Of a stretch of DNA of 64,000 nt, positions 33,859 to 47,258 are shown piece by piece; position 1 is the stretch's first letter; each line of letters begins with the position of its first letter. The DNA is taken from positions 864,001 through 928,000 of the forward strand of contig CAWJPJ010000008.1 of assembly GCA_963844715.1 (NCBI GenBank), written 5' to 3'. Made by a program: the position numbers and the translations under genes. The stretch comes from an uncultured Phycisphaerales bacterium (GTDB lineage: Bacteria > Planctomycetota > Phycisphaerae > Tepidisphaerales > Tepidisphaeraceae). The notes under the pieces were generated by a model. It searched no databases. It saw nothing but the letters and a program-made list of their open reading frames with translations, and had not been told where the DNA came from.

Positions 33859-36186
33859 TCAGCGAATGAGCAGCGGATCGCTCTGCGGGTAATCCGGCGG
33901 CAGTCCGGCGTCACGCGTGTCCTGCTCCGAAAGGAATTTCAAATCCGCGAATTGGTCATCGCGCAGAATCGTTGGCTTGATGAACACAAAGAGCGTGGAT
34001 TTGGAATTGGTTCGATTCCGCTGCGATAGGAGATAATTCAAGATCGGAATGTCACCCAGGATCGGGACTGTCTGGCGACTGAAGCTGTCGTTGGTCGTGT
34101 TCAACCCACCGACGATGACGGTGCTCCCATCCGGGATGGTGATTTTGCTCTGTACCGAATCCGTCTCTCGTGGAGGGGGCACGCCGTTGGACGATTGGCC
34201 GGAGAAGCTATTCAGGGTGATGACGTACTCCAGTTGCAGGTGGTCGCCTTCGCTGATGTGGGGGGTGAGGGTAATGGTCGTGCCCGCCGAGGCGTATCCC
34301 GCGAAACTGGTTGTCGCCACCGTGGTGGAAGCATTCACGCTCGTGAAAGGCTGCTCGTCTACGCTGGTCAATGTGCCGGTTGCATTATCGTTCACGAGAA
34401 TCCGAGGCGACGAAAGCACCGTGGCGTGACTGTCGGTTTGTAGTGCCTGGATAACGACTTGCGCCACCTGCGACCCGATCAACGTTCCGTTGAATCCCGC
34501 CGCCGGCGTGAGGGCCAGAGCGCCCGTGGTTGGGTCGGGCGTGCTGAGGCCAAAGGAGTTGAAAGTCACAATTTTGGTTCCCCCTACACTGGCCCCACCG
34601 AGCTCAACTCCGAAGGAGCGGCTGTACGCGCTGTCAATCGTTACCAGGGTGCATTCCAAAAGCACCTGCGGTCTTCGCTTGTCGAGCGATTTGATGAGTC
34701 CCTCATACAAGCGCTGCGTCGCCGCATCGGCTTCAACGATGATCGTGTTGGTATTTGGGTCCGCCGTGATCTTGGCATTTGCCGTATGGACCCCAACCAA
34801 TGGTTGCAACGAATTGAGTGATGAGCCCCCGATACTTCCCGTGGCGGGGGAGACATTTTCTGAAAGATTCGGAGCGGACGTTACGCCTGAGGAAGGAGTT
34901 TGAAGATCATCGTGATAAGCTGGAGCGGAGCTTTGCGAGCCTGGCTGATCCAGTGGCGGGGACCCGGCTTGCGGCGGCGATGTTGGTGCCGAGTTCTGTC
35001 CACCGGCGCCCTCGCCTTCTTCTTCCTGGCCGCCCTCCAGGGCGCGAATGGTAGCCAAGACATCCGCGGCGGTTGTGTTAGTCAGTTTATAAAAACGGAT
35101 CGGACTGGCCGCCTCGGTCGCCGGCACATCCAACTGATCTATTAGCTCGACGACTTTTTGCTGAATGGCGTGAGTAGTAGTGACTATGAGCATTCCGGAA
35201 TCTTTTTCGATTGCCGACTGGTAGAGGCGTTTGATTTCGAGAGGATCGATCGTCTCTCGTACCAAGCGATCCAGGCGATCCGGAGAGAGGGAGCGGAGCG
35301 TATACACCCGGGTCTCAAGGGGCAATGGAACATCGAGGGCGGCTGCCGTCGCTTCGGCTTCGGAAACCTTGTCGGGCGGTCCAATCAAAATGAGTTGATT
35401 CGTGTGCGCGTCTTGCAAGACTTGCACCGACGAAATGACGGACTCGGAAGGTCCTGTCAAAGCTTTGTCGCGAGCGGCGAGAATCTGCTGAAGCTGAGTG
35501 CTGGCGCTGGCAACGTCCAAGTTCCGAACCGAAATGAACCGGGTTGCAACCGCTGCAGGAGGCTGGTCTATTAGCTCGATCAGCTTCGCTATCTGTTGTA
35601 CCGTGGACGCGTAGTCGCTGACGATTAGTAAGTGCTGCTCGGGCAAGGGGATGGTATTGCCGCCGCTTTGAGTGAGAAACGGCTTGACGACGCTATCGGC
35701 GCGCTGCGGATCCGCATAGCGGAGGGTGAAGATTTGCGTAACGGCGACTGCGGGCAAAATGCCCGGCGTCATCGGGCGTCTTGTCGGGGCCGCAACACTT
35801 TTTAAGTTTGCCGCCAAAGTAATTCTCTTCCAGCCCGGTTGGTCTCCGTCGACGACAACTAATCCTTTCATTTTCAAGGCGCTTTCCAACAGGCCAAGAA
35901 GCGAATCCTTAGAAATCTGAGCTGGCGCCACAATCGTGATGTGCTGAGCTACGTCTTGCTCGTCGTACAAAAAGTTAATGCCGAGACGATCACCCACATA
36001 TTGAATGAGAACTTTAAGCTCGAGGTTCGGCGGGAAATCCAGGGCAATCATCTCGGTTGGAGACTGCGCAACTGGTTGCTCCCCCCGAACTTGTTGACAG
36101 GAGAAGGCAATGGCGGTCAGCGCAAAGCAGAGGCCAAGCACATGTACTAATCGAATGCTCCCGCGCCATTCGTGTAGGCCAGCCAT
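33859..36186 (-). CDS. gspD: T2SS secretin GspD
   Basis: N domains, D..TN.II, LD..RPQVL, LSSPRILV.DN, L.ITPHI, GGL, VPILGDIPIL..L, L.VFIKPTI. Confidence 0.93.
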   Translation of the reverse strand: MAGLHEWRGSIRLVHVLGLCFALTAIAFSCQQVRGEQPVAQSPTEMIALDFPPNLELKVLIQYVGDRLGINFLYDEQDVAQHITIVAPAQISKDSLLGLLESALKMKGLVVVDGDQPGWKRITLAANLKSVAAPTRRPMTPGILPAVAVTQIFTLRYADPQRADSVVKPFLTQSGGNTIPLPEQHLLIVSDYASTVQQIAKLIELIDQPPAAVATRFISVRNLDVASASTQLQQILAARDKALTGPSESVISSVQVLQDAHTNQLILIGPPDKVSEAEATAAALDVPLPLETRVYTLRSLSPDRLDRLVRETIDPLEIKRLYQSAIEKDSGMLIVTTTHAIQQKVVELIDQLDVPATEAASPIRFYKLTNTTAADVLATIRALEGGQEEEGEGAGGQNSAPTSPPQAGSPPLDQPGSQSSAPAYHDDLQTPSSGVTSAPNLSENVSPATGSIGGSSLNSLQPLVGVHTANAKITADPNTNTIIVEADAATQRLYEGLIKSLDKRRPQVLLECTLVTIDSAYSRSFGVELGGASVGGTKIVTFNSFGLSTPDPTTGALALTPAAGFNGTLIGSQVAQVVIQALQTDSHATVLSSPRILVNDNATGTLTSVDEQPFTSVNASTTVATTSFAGYASAGTTITLTPHISEGDHLQLEYVITLNSFSGQSSNGVPPPRETDSVQSKITIPDGSTVIVGGLNTTNDSFSRQTVPILGDIPILNYLLSQRNRTNSKSTLFVFIKPTILRDDQFADLKFLSEQDTRDAGLPPDYPQSDPLLIR

Positions 36187-36601
36187 TCACATTCCTTTTT
36201 AGCTTCAACAATAAAAATGTTTGTGATCAGTTGTGTACCCACTTCGTGTCGGCCAAGTCAATCAAAATCCGGAGAGGTGATCGTGTAGCCTTCGCAGTAA
36301 GAATTGTCGTCTCAACAAAATTTTTTGTTGACTTTCTTGTTGATGCATTGGCATAGTGGCGCCACACAAGAGGGCTATACGCGCACCAGGACGCGGAGGT
36401 ATGTTCTAAAGCCCCACATGATCCAGGGAGGCTGTGATCGTTTGCATGATAAATCGGGTTAATGTGGTTGTTTAAAACAATTGAATAGTTTCCAAGAGAT
36501 TTGCTGAGGCAAGGGCGAGAGTGTTGCGCACTTGCAGTATTTGGATTTTAATTGGCAGGCAGCCGCAGGGATGTTCCGCGGCACATAAGCGAGATAATCC
36601 C

Positions 36602-38291
36602 ATGAAATTCGCAGAAAAGCGCCTCCTTCTTGTCGTTTTGCATTTGACGACGATGTCTTCGATGGCCGGACTAGCCAGCGGCCAAACGACATCGCCCTCC
36701 AACGGCCCAACGACTTTGCCCTCCGCACCAGTTCTTGCACAAATGCCCGCGAACTGGCAGCAGCTTTCTGTCACGAATCTGATGCCGGTGGTTCAGGCGT
36801 ACTATAAGGCAAACGGGCACTTGACGATCGCGCAGTGCAGTGCGCGGAGGTTGCGCAATCGGTGTGGAGTCAATATTTAAGCACTGACCAAGAATTCCAG
36901 CAGGCATGGGCCACCGATCAAGATAGTCTGACCGTGATTGTCAGTTATGTGGCCAAGGATCTTCCTCCAGCCTCGGTATCTGCGTTGGCGACCAGATTCA
37001 CCGGTATCGCCGCGAATTCGAGCGCAATTGCGCCGCTTAAATTCCGCTATGTAAAACATTTGTTTCTTGCGCTATCGAGCCTTGCGCCGACCCCTCGGTC
37101 GGACAGCAGATGGAAACCGGATGGATTGGTGCATGGTCCCAACAGCAGTCACTGTCAGCGAATAACATTGGACATATGGGACAGGCGATACTAAGCGATA
37201 CGGCACCGGAGACTGCGGCTGCCCGCAGCGCGATAGTAACGTTGGCTTGGAGTAATTTTCTGAGCAACACGACATTTGTGTTAACTGCGAAATTTTCCGA
37301 CGTCATGCGGTTAGTAGCGGTGTTTGGAAGCCAACTGAGCGCAACACAACAACAACAATTGATTGCACCAATCCTTCAAAGATGCTCCAGCTCGACGCCT
37401 GATTTAGCACTTGTGTCAATTCAGCACATGAATGCAACGGTAGTCGCCCCTCTACGATCGATTGGTGCTACGGACGTTCAACTTGCCTCTTTGATTGCAG
37501 CTTGGGCCGTTGCGCGGGACCAGAGAACCGCCTACACGGTGGATGACGGAGGGCCGGTGAGGCAAACTGTCAGTTTTAATTCATTTGGCAAGGGGTCGAC
37601 GGCTCAAGCCGCCTTTTTTGCAGCAATTGCGGCACAGGTTCAGGCTGACGGCGGAATGATTGGCCCCAATACTGCGTATCTACTTTCATTTTGCGCGACC
37701 GCAAGCAATCAGCTTCCGGCGTGGATGTCACAGTTAAATTCGCAACTCCAGGCGACCAACGTGGCTGGAGACAGCGAGGCACTATTGCTCTTGTCCCAAG
37801 CCGACGCAATTGATCCAGTGGGAAACTCGTTGGCCGTCAATGCCGCGGCTCAGCAGGCGCTGCAGCAAGCTTTGGCCAGCGCCCAGTCACCAAAGGTACA
37901 AGTCGCGTGCTGCGAAGGCCTGGTGCACAGACTGGTGATGGCGAAGAACTACACGCAGGCACAGAGTTACTTGACGTCATTGCAGGCTCAGCTGACTGAT
38001 CCGTCCGCCCTGGCGAACGTCAACACGTTGACTGCATTCGTTGCGGAGTCAGCTGCGCGTGACGCGAATCAAGCTGCGCAGCAAGCTCAATTGGCTGCCC
38101 TAGGTGCGGCGCATGGCCCGACTCTCCGCCTGCAAGGTCGGCTTGCGTACTTACAGTCGAAACTGGCCGCCGCCCAAGCGCAACAGGCTCCCTCAGCGGA
38201 AATCCAAGCATTGTCAGCTTCGATTGCTAACATCCAAGAACAACTTGCAGCGTTGCCGGTCATACCACCCACGACGAGCCCATCTCAGTGA
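36602..38291 (+). CDS. Secreted alpha-helical hypothetical protein A (frameshifted)
   Basis: Signal peptide; Ala/Gln-rich; paralogous to 39375-40975. Confidence 0.65.
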
Positions 38292-38355
38292 GGAGAAACT
38301 GCGGAAAGCGGATCAAATGCCGACAGGACATGGTCTCCATCGCGAGCAAAAGCGT

Positions 38356-39286
38356 ATGAGAAGAAAATTTCCATATTCCAACGTCGTTTTCCTAATGGCG
38401 ATTTTCGCAGTAGCGCGCTCTGTTTTGGCGGTACCATTTTTGGTGGTGGATTTCAGCGTCAATGGCTCGCGCGGAGGCTCTGCGGGAGAAACCATCGGTT
38501 GGCAATTGTGCAAATCGGACTTACAGAAAGGCAATGGTTCGCACGAAACAACGACTTTCAGTAATGACCAGATCAAGCGCGTCTTCGGTGGCAACACTCC
38601 GTTGTCGAAAAGCGTAGCGCCTACGGGTCGGTTGGCATTCGCGCTAACTTCGGTAGACCTCTCGTTCCTAAATGGGCAGCCGACGATCTTAAACGATGGC
38701 GCGAGTATTAGATTTAGCGACCGCGGATCAATGGATTCCGGTGGCAAGGTGGGAGCATTGTACCATTCTTTCATAGTCGCGACCGCTGGGTCGGCAATGA
38801 TTGATGGCCAGGACCCGGGCCTAATAGTCGCCGACGACGGTGCAAATCACCGAATGCTCATCCAAATTTCTGGCCTAAAGGCGAATAGCAGTTACGTGTT
38901 TACGTTTTATGCCTACGACGAAGCCGCGCGGCAGAGCGTTTGTGTGTTTACGAATGTGACTGGGGATCCGTTACGTCACCTCAATGCTGCGGACGCGTCC
39001 GCAAATAGAAATTACAAAGTTGGAATGCCCAATGTATCTGTCCTATTCAACCCTGGACTCGGTGAACATGACGACGGCACTCAGTATGCGCACAGATGGC
39101 CAATACGTGTGGGTTAACGGTGCCGCGCCGACGACCACGGAACAATACGCGGTTTCACTCGCAGCAAACAGCGACGCCACTGGGAAAGTAATCTTTGCAG
39201 AGACGACGGTGGTAGGGCTGTACGGCCGCTACCAACCATGTCCGGTCCTTAACAGAATTGAGATCGACGCTGGCGCAGCGAACTGA
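38356..39286 (+). CDS. Secreted beta-rich hypothetical protein (frameshift near 39030)
   Basis: Signal peptide ..SVLA; ISGLKANSSYVFTFYAYD, SDATGKVIF, VLNRIEI beta-sandwich-like pattern. Confidence 0.6.
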
Positions 39287-39374
39287 CCGAAGTTACATGC
39301 CGCCGCAGGGCGGACTCTGCGTACGAACTAGCCTCGATGCGTGAATGGCGACACGGTATGGCTGGAGGTGAAAT

Positions 39375-40975
39375 ATGCCAATTTCAAAGCATTCCCTGTC
39401 GCTGGCAGTAGTGATCTTTGGAGCGAGCGTTACGGTGCGAGCAGCCGATATCTCTTCTGCCGACGCATTACCGAAGGACTGGCAGCAGTTACCAATTTCG
39501 CAGCTTGATCGAATCGTACGTGAATTCGATTTTCAAAACCCGGGGCGGCAGAACATTGTCCGACGCGAAGAGCGCAGCAACGTTGATCGCCAACCGATAT
39601 TTTTCGGATGCTCAGACTCTAGAAGCCACCCTAGCACAAGACCGTTATGGCGCGTTGTTGCTATCGGCGGATTTGGTGCCGGATTTGCCGATCGACGTGG
39701 CATACGGACTGGGAGACATGCTTCTCGCCGCCACGGCAGACCAAAATGCCATAAAATCTGTGAGTTTTTCGGAACTCAATAGTGTATACGACACATGTAG
39801 ATTTTTGAGAAAGTCGCAAGGCGGCTTGGGGGATGTTGCTGCGTTGTGGGTGAATTCTTCGGGCCAATGGAAAACCCTAGGAACAGCGGAGCTCTTAGAC
39901 CTCGGCGAAATGATATACCTGGTCAATGATCCGAAGGTCGAAAACGCGAAAAGTCTGATTCTTGCCAAGGCGTGGAGCGAATCGCTTGGGAAAGTGTCTT
40001 TTTATGCGATCGCCGACAACACAACGTTGATCCGATCGATGAGGATATTTGGAATTCAACTCGACGCCGCCGCACGCGAGTTTGTCGTGCGGAATGCGGT
40101 CGGTCGGTTTCAAAACAACGATGAATTGCTATCGGCGATTACGACTCCACAGATGATCCACTTGGTTGCCGCTTTGCGTCGAATCGGGGCTACCGACGAC
40201 GAAACCGCGACGACGTTAGCTGGTTGGGCTCGGGCGAGGGACGCACGTCCCCTTTATAGCGTCGATGAGTTCGATCCCGCACGGAGATATGAAAGCTTCT
40301 CGGAAATGTTTGAGGGGGCAGATCGACCGGTGGATTTTGCGAAAAAAGTCAGAAGCTATTTGTTTGTTGATTCGAATATTCTGGGCCCGACATGCGCCAG
40401 AGTTCTTGGCTACGTCTCGACAACGATCGGTGATTTACCCCAATGGCGCGAAACATTGGAAGCGCGATCTTAGGTCGCCTCAGCTTGCCGGAGATGAGCG
40501 CGCGAATCTGCTCTTGGCAAAGGCCGAAGCGGACGAAATCACCAATCCAGTAAGTCTGGATTCTGACGGGAAGGAGCTGGCGCTAGCCGCGTTCTCGACG
40601 GCCCAAAGCGATCGCATGCGGTTCGCAGCAATTTATTGGCTCACCCATCGCTATACCCTGGCCGGACGTGATGCCGACGCACGAGCGTGCGTTGAAAATG
40701 CGTTTTTGGAAATTCATGATCGATCGTATTTGCATCAACTGCAAGTGCTAAACGAGCAAATGGCGACTCTATCCGACATGTTGGGCAGAGCGAGACAACA
40801 TTTGGCAGACAAAGCAAAGATACGCTTGCAAGGCGAGTTGGAATTCCTTCAAAATGAACTGGTGTCGGCAGCAAAACGATGGTCGTCCCAGTGTCGAAAT
40901 CTCGACTTTAAAAGCACAAATTCAGAATTTGCAGCAGCGTATCGTTATGCAAATGCCGTAGACGTTAAGAGCTTA
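39375..40975 (+). CDS. Secreted alpha-helical hypothetical protein B, paralog of A (frameshifted; 3' end approximate)
   Basis: GGAGG RBS, signal peptide ..VRA; shared motifs P..WQQL, W..ARD.R..Y.VD, AGD..A.LLL..A.A, RLQG.L..LQ. Confidence 0.65.
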
Positions 40976-41009
40976 GTAGGAACATTGGAACAATGTACTG
41001 GGGTTGAAT

Positions 41010-44000
41010 ATGCGCCACGCTCATGATGACTTGACTGGTTCAAATCATTCTTGCCGGCGTTCTCCGGCCATCGGTGTTGTATTGGCATGGGTCTGCTTTG
41101 TTACTGCTTCTACGGCGCCCTTCTTGCAAAGTCGCGCGATTGCAGCAGCCGGCGGCGGGCCTGAGTGGTCGCCCTGCGAGCCGGCCATTAGTTCCTATCC
41201 GCCATTCGGATGGTGGGGCCCGGGTGGTGGGAATTGTGGGAACGGGTGCTGCGTGGGGAGTGGCGGCGGGGGGGGTGGCGGGGCCGGTGGCGGCACTGCG
41301 GGGCCTTTGTCGGCGAATCCGATCAAATACTCATCTGGGCAAATAATCCTGACTCGCGATGACATTCCCAGTCCATTTGGGGGACCCTTTGGACTGTCGA
41401 TGACCTATGACAATCAAGGCACCGATAGCCCATATCGAAGTGACCCTCATTTAATCACCTACCAAGGCCCATGCGGAGCGGATTGGTATCCGAGCTCATT
41501 TCCGACGATTGCGCGCGATAGCGGTGACATTGGGCTTGACGGCTCAACCGTGTGGTACCGGCAGCATTACTGCGTCGAGGTGCACGCGAATCAGGGCGTC
41601 CTACTGATGCCAAATCCCATGCGCCGTGCAGTCGCCTTCTGGAATTTGGTTCAACATGTGGACGCCAAAGCTCGCTCTTCCGGGAGTACAGATTTCAGTC
41701 GACTGGGACGAGCCGCATTCCCAAATCGTCTACAAGGAGGTAACCCCGGAGAAAACGACAGTTTGGAAATTCAACGATTTTCAGCAACCATCAAATCCGA
41801 AGGGGACCTTCTTATCCTATTCCGATTCCACGGGGATCTCGTACTCAGTCGCGAGTTACAACTACGGGATCCCCCAGGAGCTGATCGCAAGCTATACGAG
41901 CCCCGATGGCTCGAAAACGATCTACTATTCGCTGTACTTCACCATGACCACCGATGGAACGATGCGCGTGGCGAACATTACCCTCAGTTCCTCGCCTGAC
42001 ACGAGCACGTGGACGCCGATCAGGTCGGTGAACTATTCCTATTATAAGGATGGAGATACGACCCACGGAATGCAGCAAGATTTGGAATACGCCACGATTT
42101 GCGACGGATTGAATCGTCCGATCGATACCTACTACTATCGTTATTACACGTCCGGAGCGTATTTAGGGTATGGCACCGGTCCTGGATATGTGGGCTCCAT
42201 AAAGTTTGTGTTGAATCCTCGTTCGTACGCCCGTCTCGTCGCCGCTTACCCAAGTACAAATATCGACACATTGTCGGATACCACGGTTCAGCAATACGCA
42301 GACATGTATTTCTCCTACGACAATCAAGCTCGGGTCGTACAGGAACAAGTGCAGGGAACCAGTTGTTCGTGCGGCGGTGGCAGCAGCGAGATCGGAATCT
42401 TCAACTACACCTACACGATCAACACAAACTCGGGTTATTCGGATGGATACAACACGTGGAAATATAAGACCGTCGAGACTCTTCCCGACAACGCAACCGC
42501 GAATACGCTTTACTTCAATTATCAAGGCCAACTGATGTTGAAGGTGTTTTCGTCAGGGGGCCAGAATTGGGCCACCTATAACCAATATGACAGCAACGGA
42601 AATCTGATAATGGAAGCTGAGCCCTCGGCGGTGGTAGACCCAACGAAATCCCCGTACAGCGACACATACGATGCGCACTTTGATCTGCTCGACAAGCAGA
42701 CCAGCGGTGCTTACCAGTATCTCAATCAGAATTCGGGCCTAATTCACATTTATGATTACTGCACCTCCACCACACCATCTGCGGGTCCGACGACACCGGG
42801 CACTGTGCTCGGCTATCTCGAAGATGAACAGGTGCAGCAGGGGCAGCAAGGGTCGCCCATTGAGGTTCGAAGCCAGTTGTACTTTGCGCACCCCTCGGAC
42901 TTGGCGACTGCCAACGACGGCCAAGGGCCGCCGGCCTATCCAATCGCCAGTAAAACCGAATATAACAGTGCCTCACCAAGTGGGAGCGGCGGTCAGGTGA
43001 CTACCTATTGGTACACGTGGCAAACGCTGGGCGGTTTGAATACCACTATGCCGGCCACCAGGAGCACCACGAGGCCCACAATTTCATCGGCCGAAAACGG
43101 TCCCGGCACGAGCGACATTTCAACAGAAGTCTACGATACGAATGGCTTAGTCGAATGGACCCAAGACCCCGACGGGCATCTGAATTTCCTTGCGCACGAC
43201 CTTGGAACGCGAGCCGTAGTCACGCAAATCATCGACGTAAACACCAGCAGCGGAACTCAGCCCAGCGACTATGTTGCGCCGCCGACATCGCTAGGATGGA
43301 GCACGTCCAGCGGACTGAATCTGGTTACATCAATGACTGTGGATGGTCTGGGAAGAACTACAAGCATTACGGATCCAAACGAAAACACGACGTACACAGT
43401 TTATAACGACTACCAGCAGAACGACGGAACTGTCTACGAAGTGCGCAATTATCCTGGCTGGAGCAGCGGTCAGACTACCGGGCCCGTGCGAGTCCAGAAG
43501 GAAATTCGTCCGACCAGTTATGCATCCACTTACAACAACACAGCGGTGCTTCTTGAATCTTTAACCATGGCGCCGTCAAGCCCTACCACGAGTGGCGGCA
43601 TACCTACCGGACAAGAGGGAATATCAAACGTGCAGGCGCTTTTGCGCCAAATCATGGATCAATACGCCAACAGGCCTGTTTACGCGGATCAATACTACAG
43701 TTTTGCCAGCGGCGGAAGCACGCTTTCATACAGTACGTCACCGACAATCGGCGTACAGGACACAAACTACTATCGTACTAGCTACTATTACGACGCTCTC
43801 GGCAGGCGCTATAAGAGCGTCAGCGATTCGGGCACGATAACAAATCGCGCGATTGATCCTATGGGGCGCACGACGAGCATTTGGATCGGCACCAACGACT
43901 CAGGCTGGACTGAGGCGAGTGGCAACAGCGGTTCATCAAACATGACGATGGTTTCGTCCAGCCAGTATGACGGGGGCGGCGTCGGCGACAGTACGCTCAC

Positions 44001-47000
44001 CCAAATTACAAACTATGTCGACTCGACTTCCTCCGACAATCGAGTCACTCAAAACTGGTACGATTGGCGAGATCGCCTGGTTGGGAGCAAGCTTGGCGTC
44101 GCGTCGAGCGAATCCGACGGAACTCATCGGCCGATCACGTTTAATGTACTGGACAATCTCGGTCGGATTATCGAACGCGATCGCTATGATGGAGACGGGT
44201 GGACTCCAACCGTTTCCAGTGGTGCGGTGAGCATCCCGTCGGGAGATACTGGAAATCTCCGCAGTAAAGTCGTCGTTGCCCACGATGATCAGAATAGGGT
44301 ATATCAGACAGAACAGTACAGTGTCGATCAATCGAGCGGAGCCGTTTCCTCGACGGCGCTGGTGTCAAATGTGTTCTACGACCACCGCGGGAACCTCATC
44401 GAGACGTCCAATCCAGGTGGGCTGGTTACCAAGTCGGTCTTTGACGGCGCGGGTCGCATCATCCGAGGGTATAAAACCGACGGAGGAAGCGGGTCCGGGT
44501 GGTCTAACGCATCGGTTGTCAGCGGGGACAATATTCTGGAGGAAAAGCTCAGCCAGTACGACGGGGATGGGAACGTCCTCTTGGCAACGACCGAACAGCA
44601 CTTCCACAACGACACCAATACGGGTGAGCTTGGCAATATAACAACAACGCCGCTTGCGCGCATTAGCTACGTCGCGAACTATTACGACGCAGCCAATCGT
44701 CTTATCGACAGTGCCAACATCGGTACCAACGGCGGCAGCGCTTACACATATTCATCTTCGATCCCGGCGCGATCGAACACGGTGCTTGTGACTACTTACG
44801 CCTTCAATGCCGCGGGCTGGACCTCGACGGTAACTGATCCACGCGGAATTAAGACGGCCAATGTCTACGACAACATGGGCAGGGTAACGCAGAAAGTCGA
44901 AAACTACGACGGCACCACTTCTCTGCCTCTATCGGCGTCGTCTGTGGGCACGTCCGGCAACCGCGCCACGAACTGGACGTATGACCAGCTTGGGCACGTT
45001 CTGACGATAACGGCGGTCATGCCGACGGGGACCAACAGCCAGACCACGCAGTATAACTACGACGTGACTACCACCGGCGGGAGTACGATTAATTCCAATG
45101 ACCTTCTGGCTTCGGTGCAGTACCCGGACACCAGCACCGGAAGCGCCGGTTCCGGATCTACAAATTCGCAGACCTTCACATACAACGCCCAGGGTCAGCA
45201 GCTGACCTTTACGGACCAGAACGGATCAGTACACACGTACTCCTATGACCTCCTGGGCAGAAGGACAGTGGATTCGGTCGGGACCCTTGGAAGCGGGGTG
45301 GACGGCAGTATCGTTGCCCAAACGATGAGCTACGATACCGGCGGCAGGCCGTATCAGTTGACCAGCTATTCCAATATCGACCTGGCCAGTTCCCACATCG
45401 TGAACCAGGTGGAGGACGTGTATAATGGCCTCGGTCAATTGACCAATGAATACCAGGAGCACGGCGGGGCTGTAAACACCTCTTCCAGCTTGCAGGTTAA
45501 GTATGCCTGGAACCTCATGTCCAGTGGCGCCAACAACAGCCGGCTAAACACAGTGACCTATCCAAATGGTCGGGTACTTCATTACTACTGCGGTCTTCAC
45601 GCCACTGGACAACGCGATCAGCCGGGTGGATTTGCTTTCGGATGACGATGGGTCAGGCGGGATCGGCACCGGCCTGGAGCAATACAGTTACCTGGGCTTA
45701 AACACGATTGCCGAGCGGGATCATTACGAGATTGGGGTGGGTCTTACGTATATCAGCCAGACTGGAAGCACAGGAGATGCGGGGGACCCGTACATTGGGC
45801 TGGACCGGTTCGGAAGAGTGGTGGATCAAAACTGGTGGTACAACAACGAGGGGACCACATATAGCACGGACCGGTTCCAGTACGGGTATGACCCGGGCGG
45901 AAACGCGCGTTTTCAAAAATAACACGGTCGTTTCCGCATTGAGCGAATTGTATCACCAGAACAGCTCCTCGAGCGGTGATGATGCAACCGCGTACGACAG
46001 TATCAACCGGCTGGTTGGGTTTGCGAGGGGTGCGCTGTCGGCGTCGAGTCACAACGGCGGGGTTCTGGACACGGTAGCGTCGCCGTCGACTTCTTCGAAA
46101 TGGAACTTGGACACCCTGGGAAACTGGGTGGGCGATGGTTCGTCTTCCACGAGCACGACGATCGCTGGGGTGAAACTGAATCGAGGCTACAACTGCAAAA
46201 ATGAATTAACAGCCGCCCAGAGCGCCACTCTGGCTTTCGATAATAATGGCAATACGACAGCGGATCAGAATGGCAACACCTACGTCTACGATGTCTGGAA
46301 CCGATGCGTAATCGTGAAGAACTCCGGCGGGACAACCATCGCAAGTTACAGTTACGATCCGCACGGTTGGCGAGTGGCGGAATCTCACGGGTCAACCACA
46401 ACGAATTGCTATTTCTCCAAGGACTGGCAGGTGCTGGAGGAGAGACAGGGCACGACCGTTGAGGACCAATATGTTTGGAGCCTCGCTTACGTCGATGGCC
46501 TCGTGCTAAGAGATGACCAGTTCACGGGCGGCGGTTATCGGCGGCTCTACGTTCAGCAGGACGCCAACTGGAACGTTACCGCGGTCACGGACGACAACGC
46601 GACGATGCTCGAACGGTTTGTGTACGACCCGTACGGAAATGTCACGGTGCTTAACGCTGCGGGTACGAGCGCGGTGACAGATGCGTATGATTGGATGTAC
46701 CTCCATCAAGGAGGTCGCCTTGACCCCGTGACAGGATTGTACAACTTCGACCACCGGGATTACGGTCCGGGGCTGGGCCGATGGTATGAGCAGGATCCCA
46801 TTGGCTGCATCGCCATGATGACTGCGGTTACAGATGCGTATAGGTGGCAGTACCTTCATCAGGGGGCAAGGCTGGATGCAGCGACGAACAACTACATCTT
46901 CCGGCACCGGGATGTTTTACCAATGCTCGGGAGATGGGCGGAGCAGGAGCCGTTCGGGGCGAAGTACGTTGACGGGATGAACCTTTATCTATTTGAAAGT

Positions 47001-47258
47001 AGCAATCCCGCCACGAAACTTGATCCTTTGGGGCTTTACGATATCAACGACTGCGAGCACGACTGCGACCAAGTTGCGAAAAAACTACCCCAAGGTATGC
47101 GGGCGGCGTATCTGAATGGTTGCTACAAATGCTGTGGCGAAGCCGGCACCTCGAAGGAGATGCAGGATTGTGCAAAAAAACCGCACTGCGATGGGGGTGT
47201 CGGAATTGAGCCCCCACCCGAACCCCCGGAGATGGCGGCACCCGGTGCGGCACGATGA
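41010..47258 (+). CDS. Giant RHS/YD-repeat protein with signal peptide and short Cys-rich C-terminal tip (about 3 frameshifts)
   Basis: Many YD repeats; WQVLEER, QDANWNVT, ERFVYDPYG, YLHQGGR, MNLY...NPATKLDPLGL core terminus. Confidence 0.9.
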
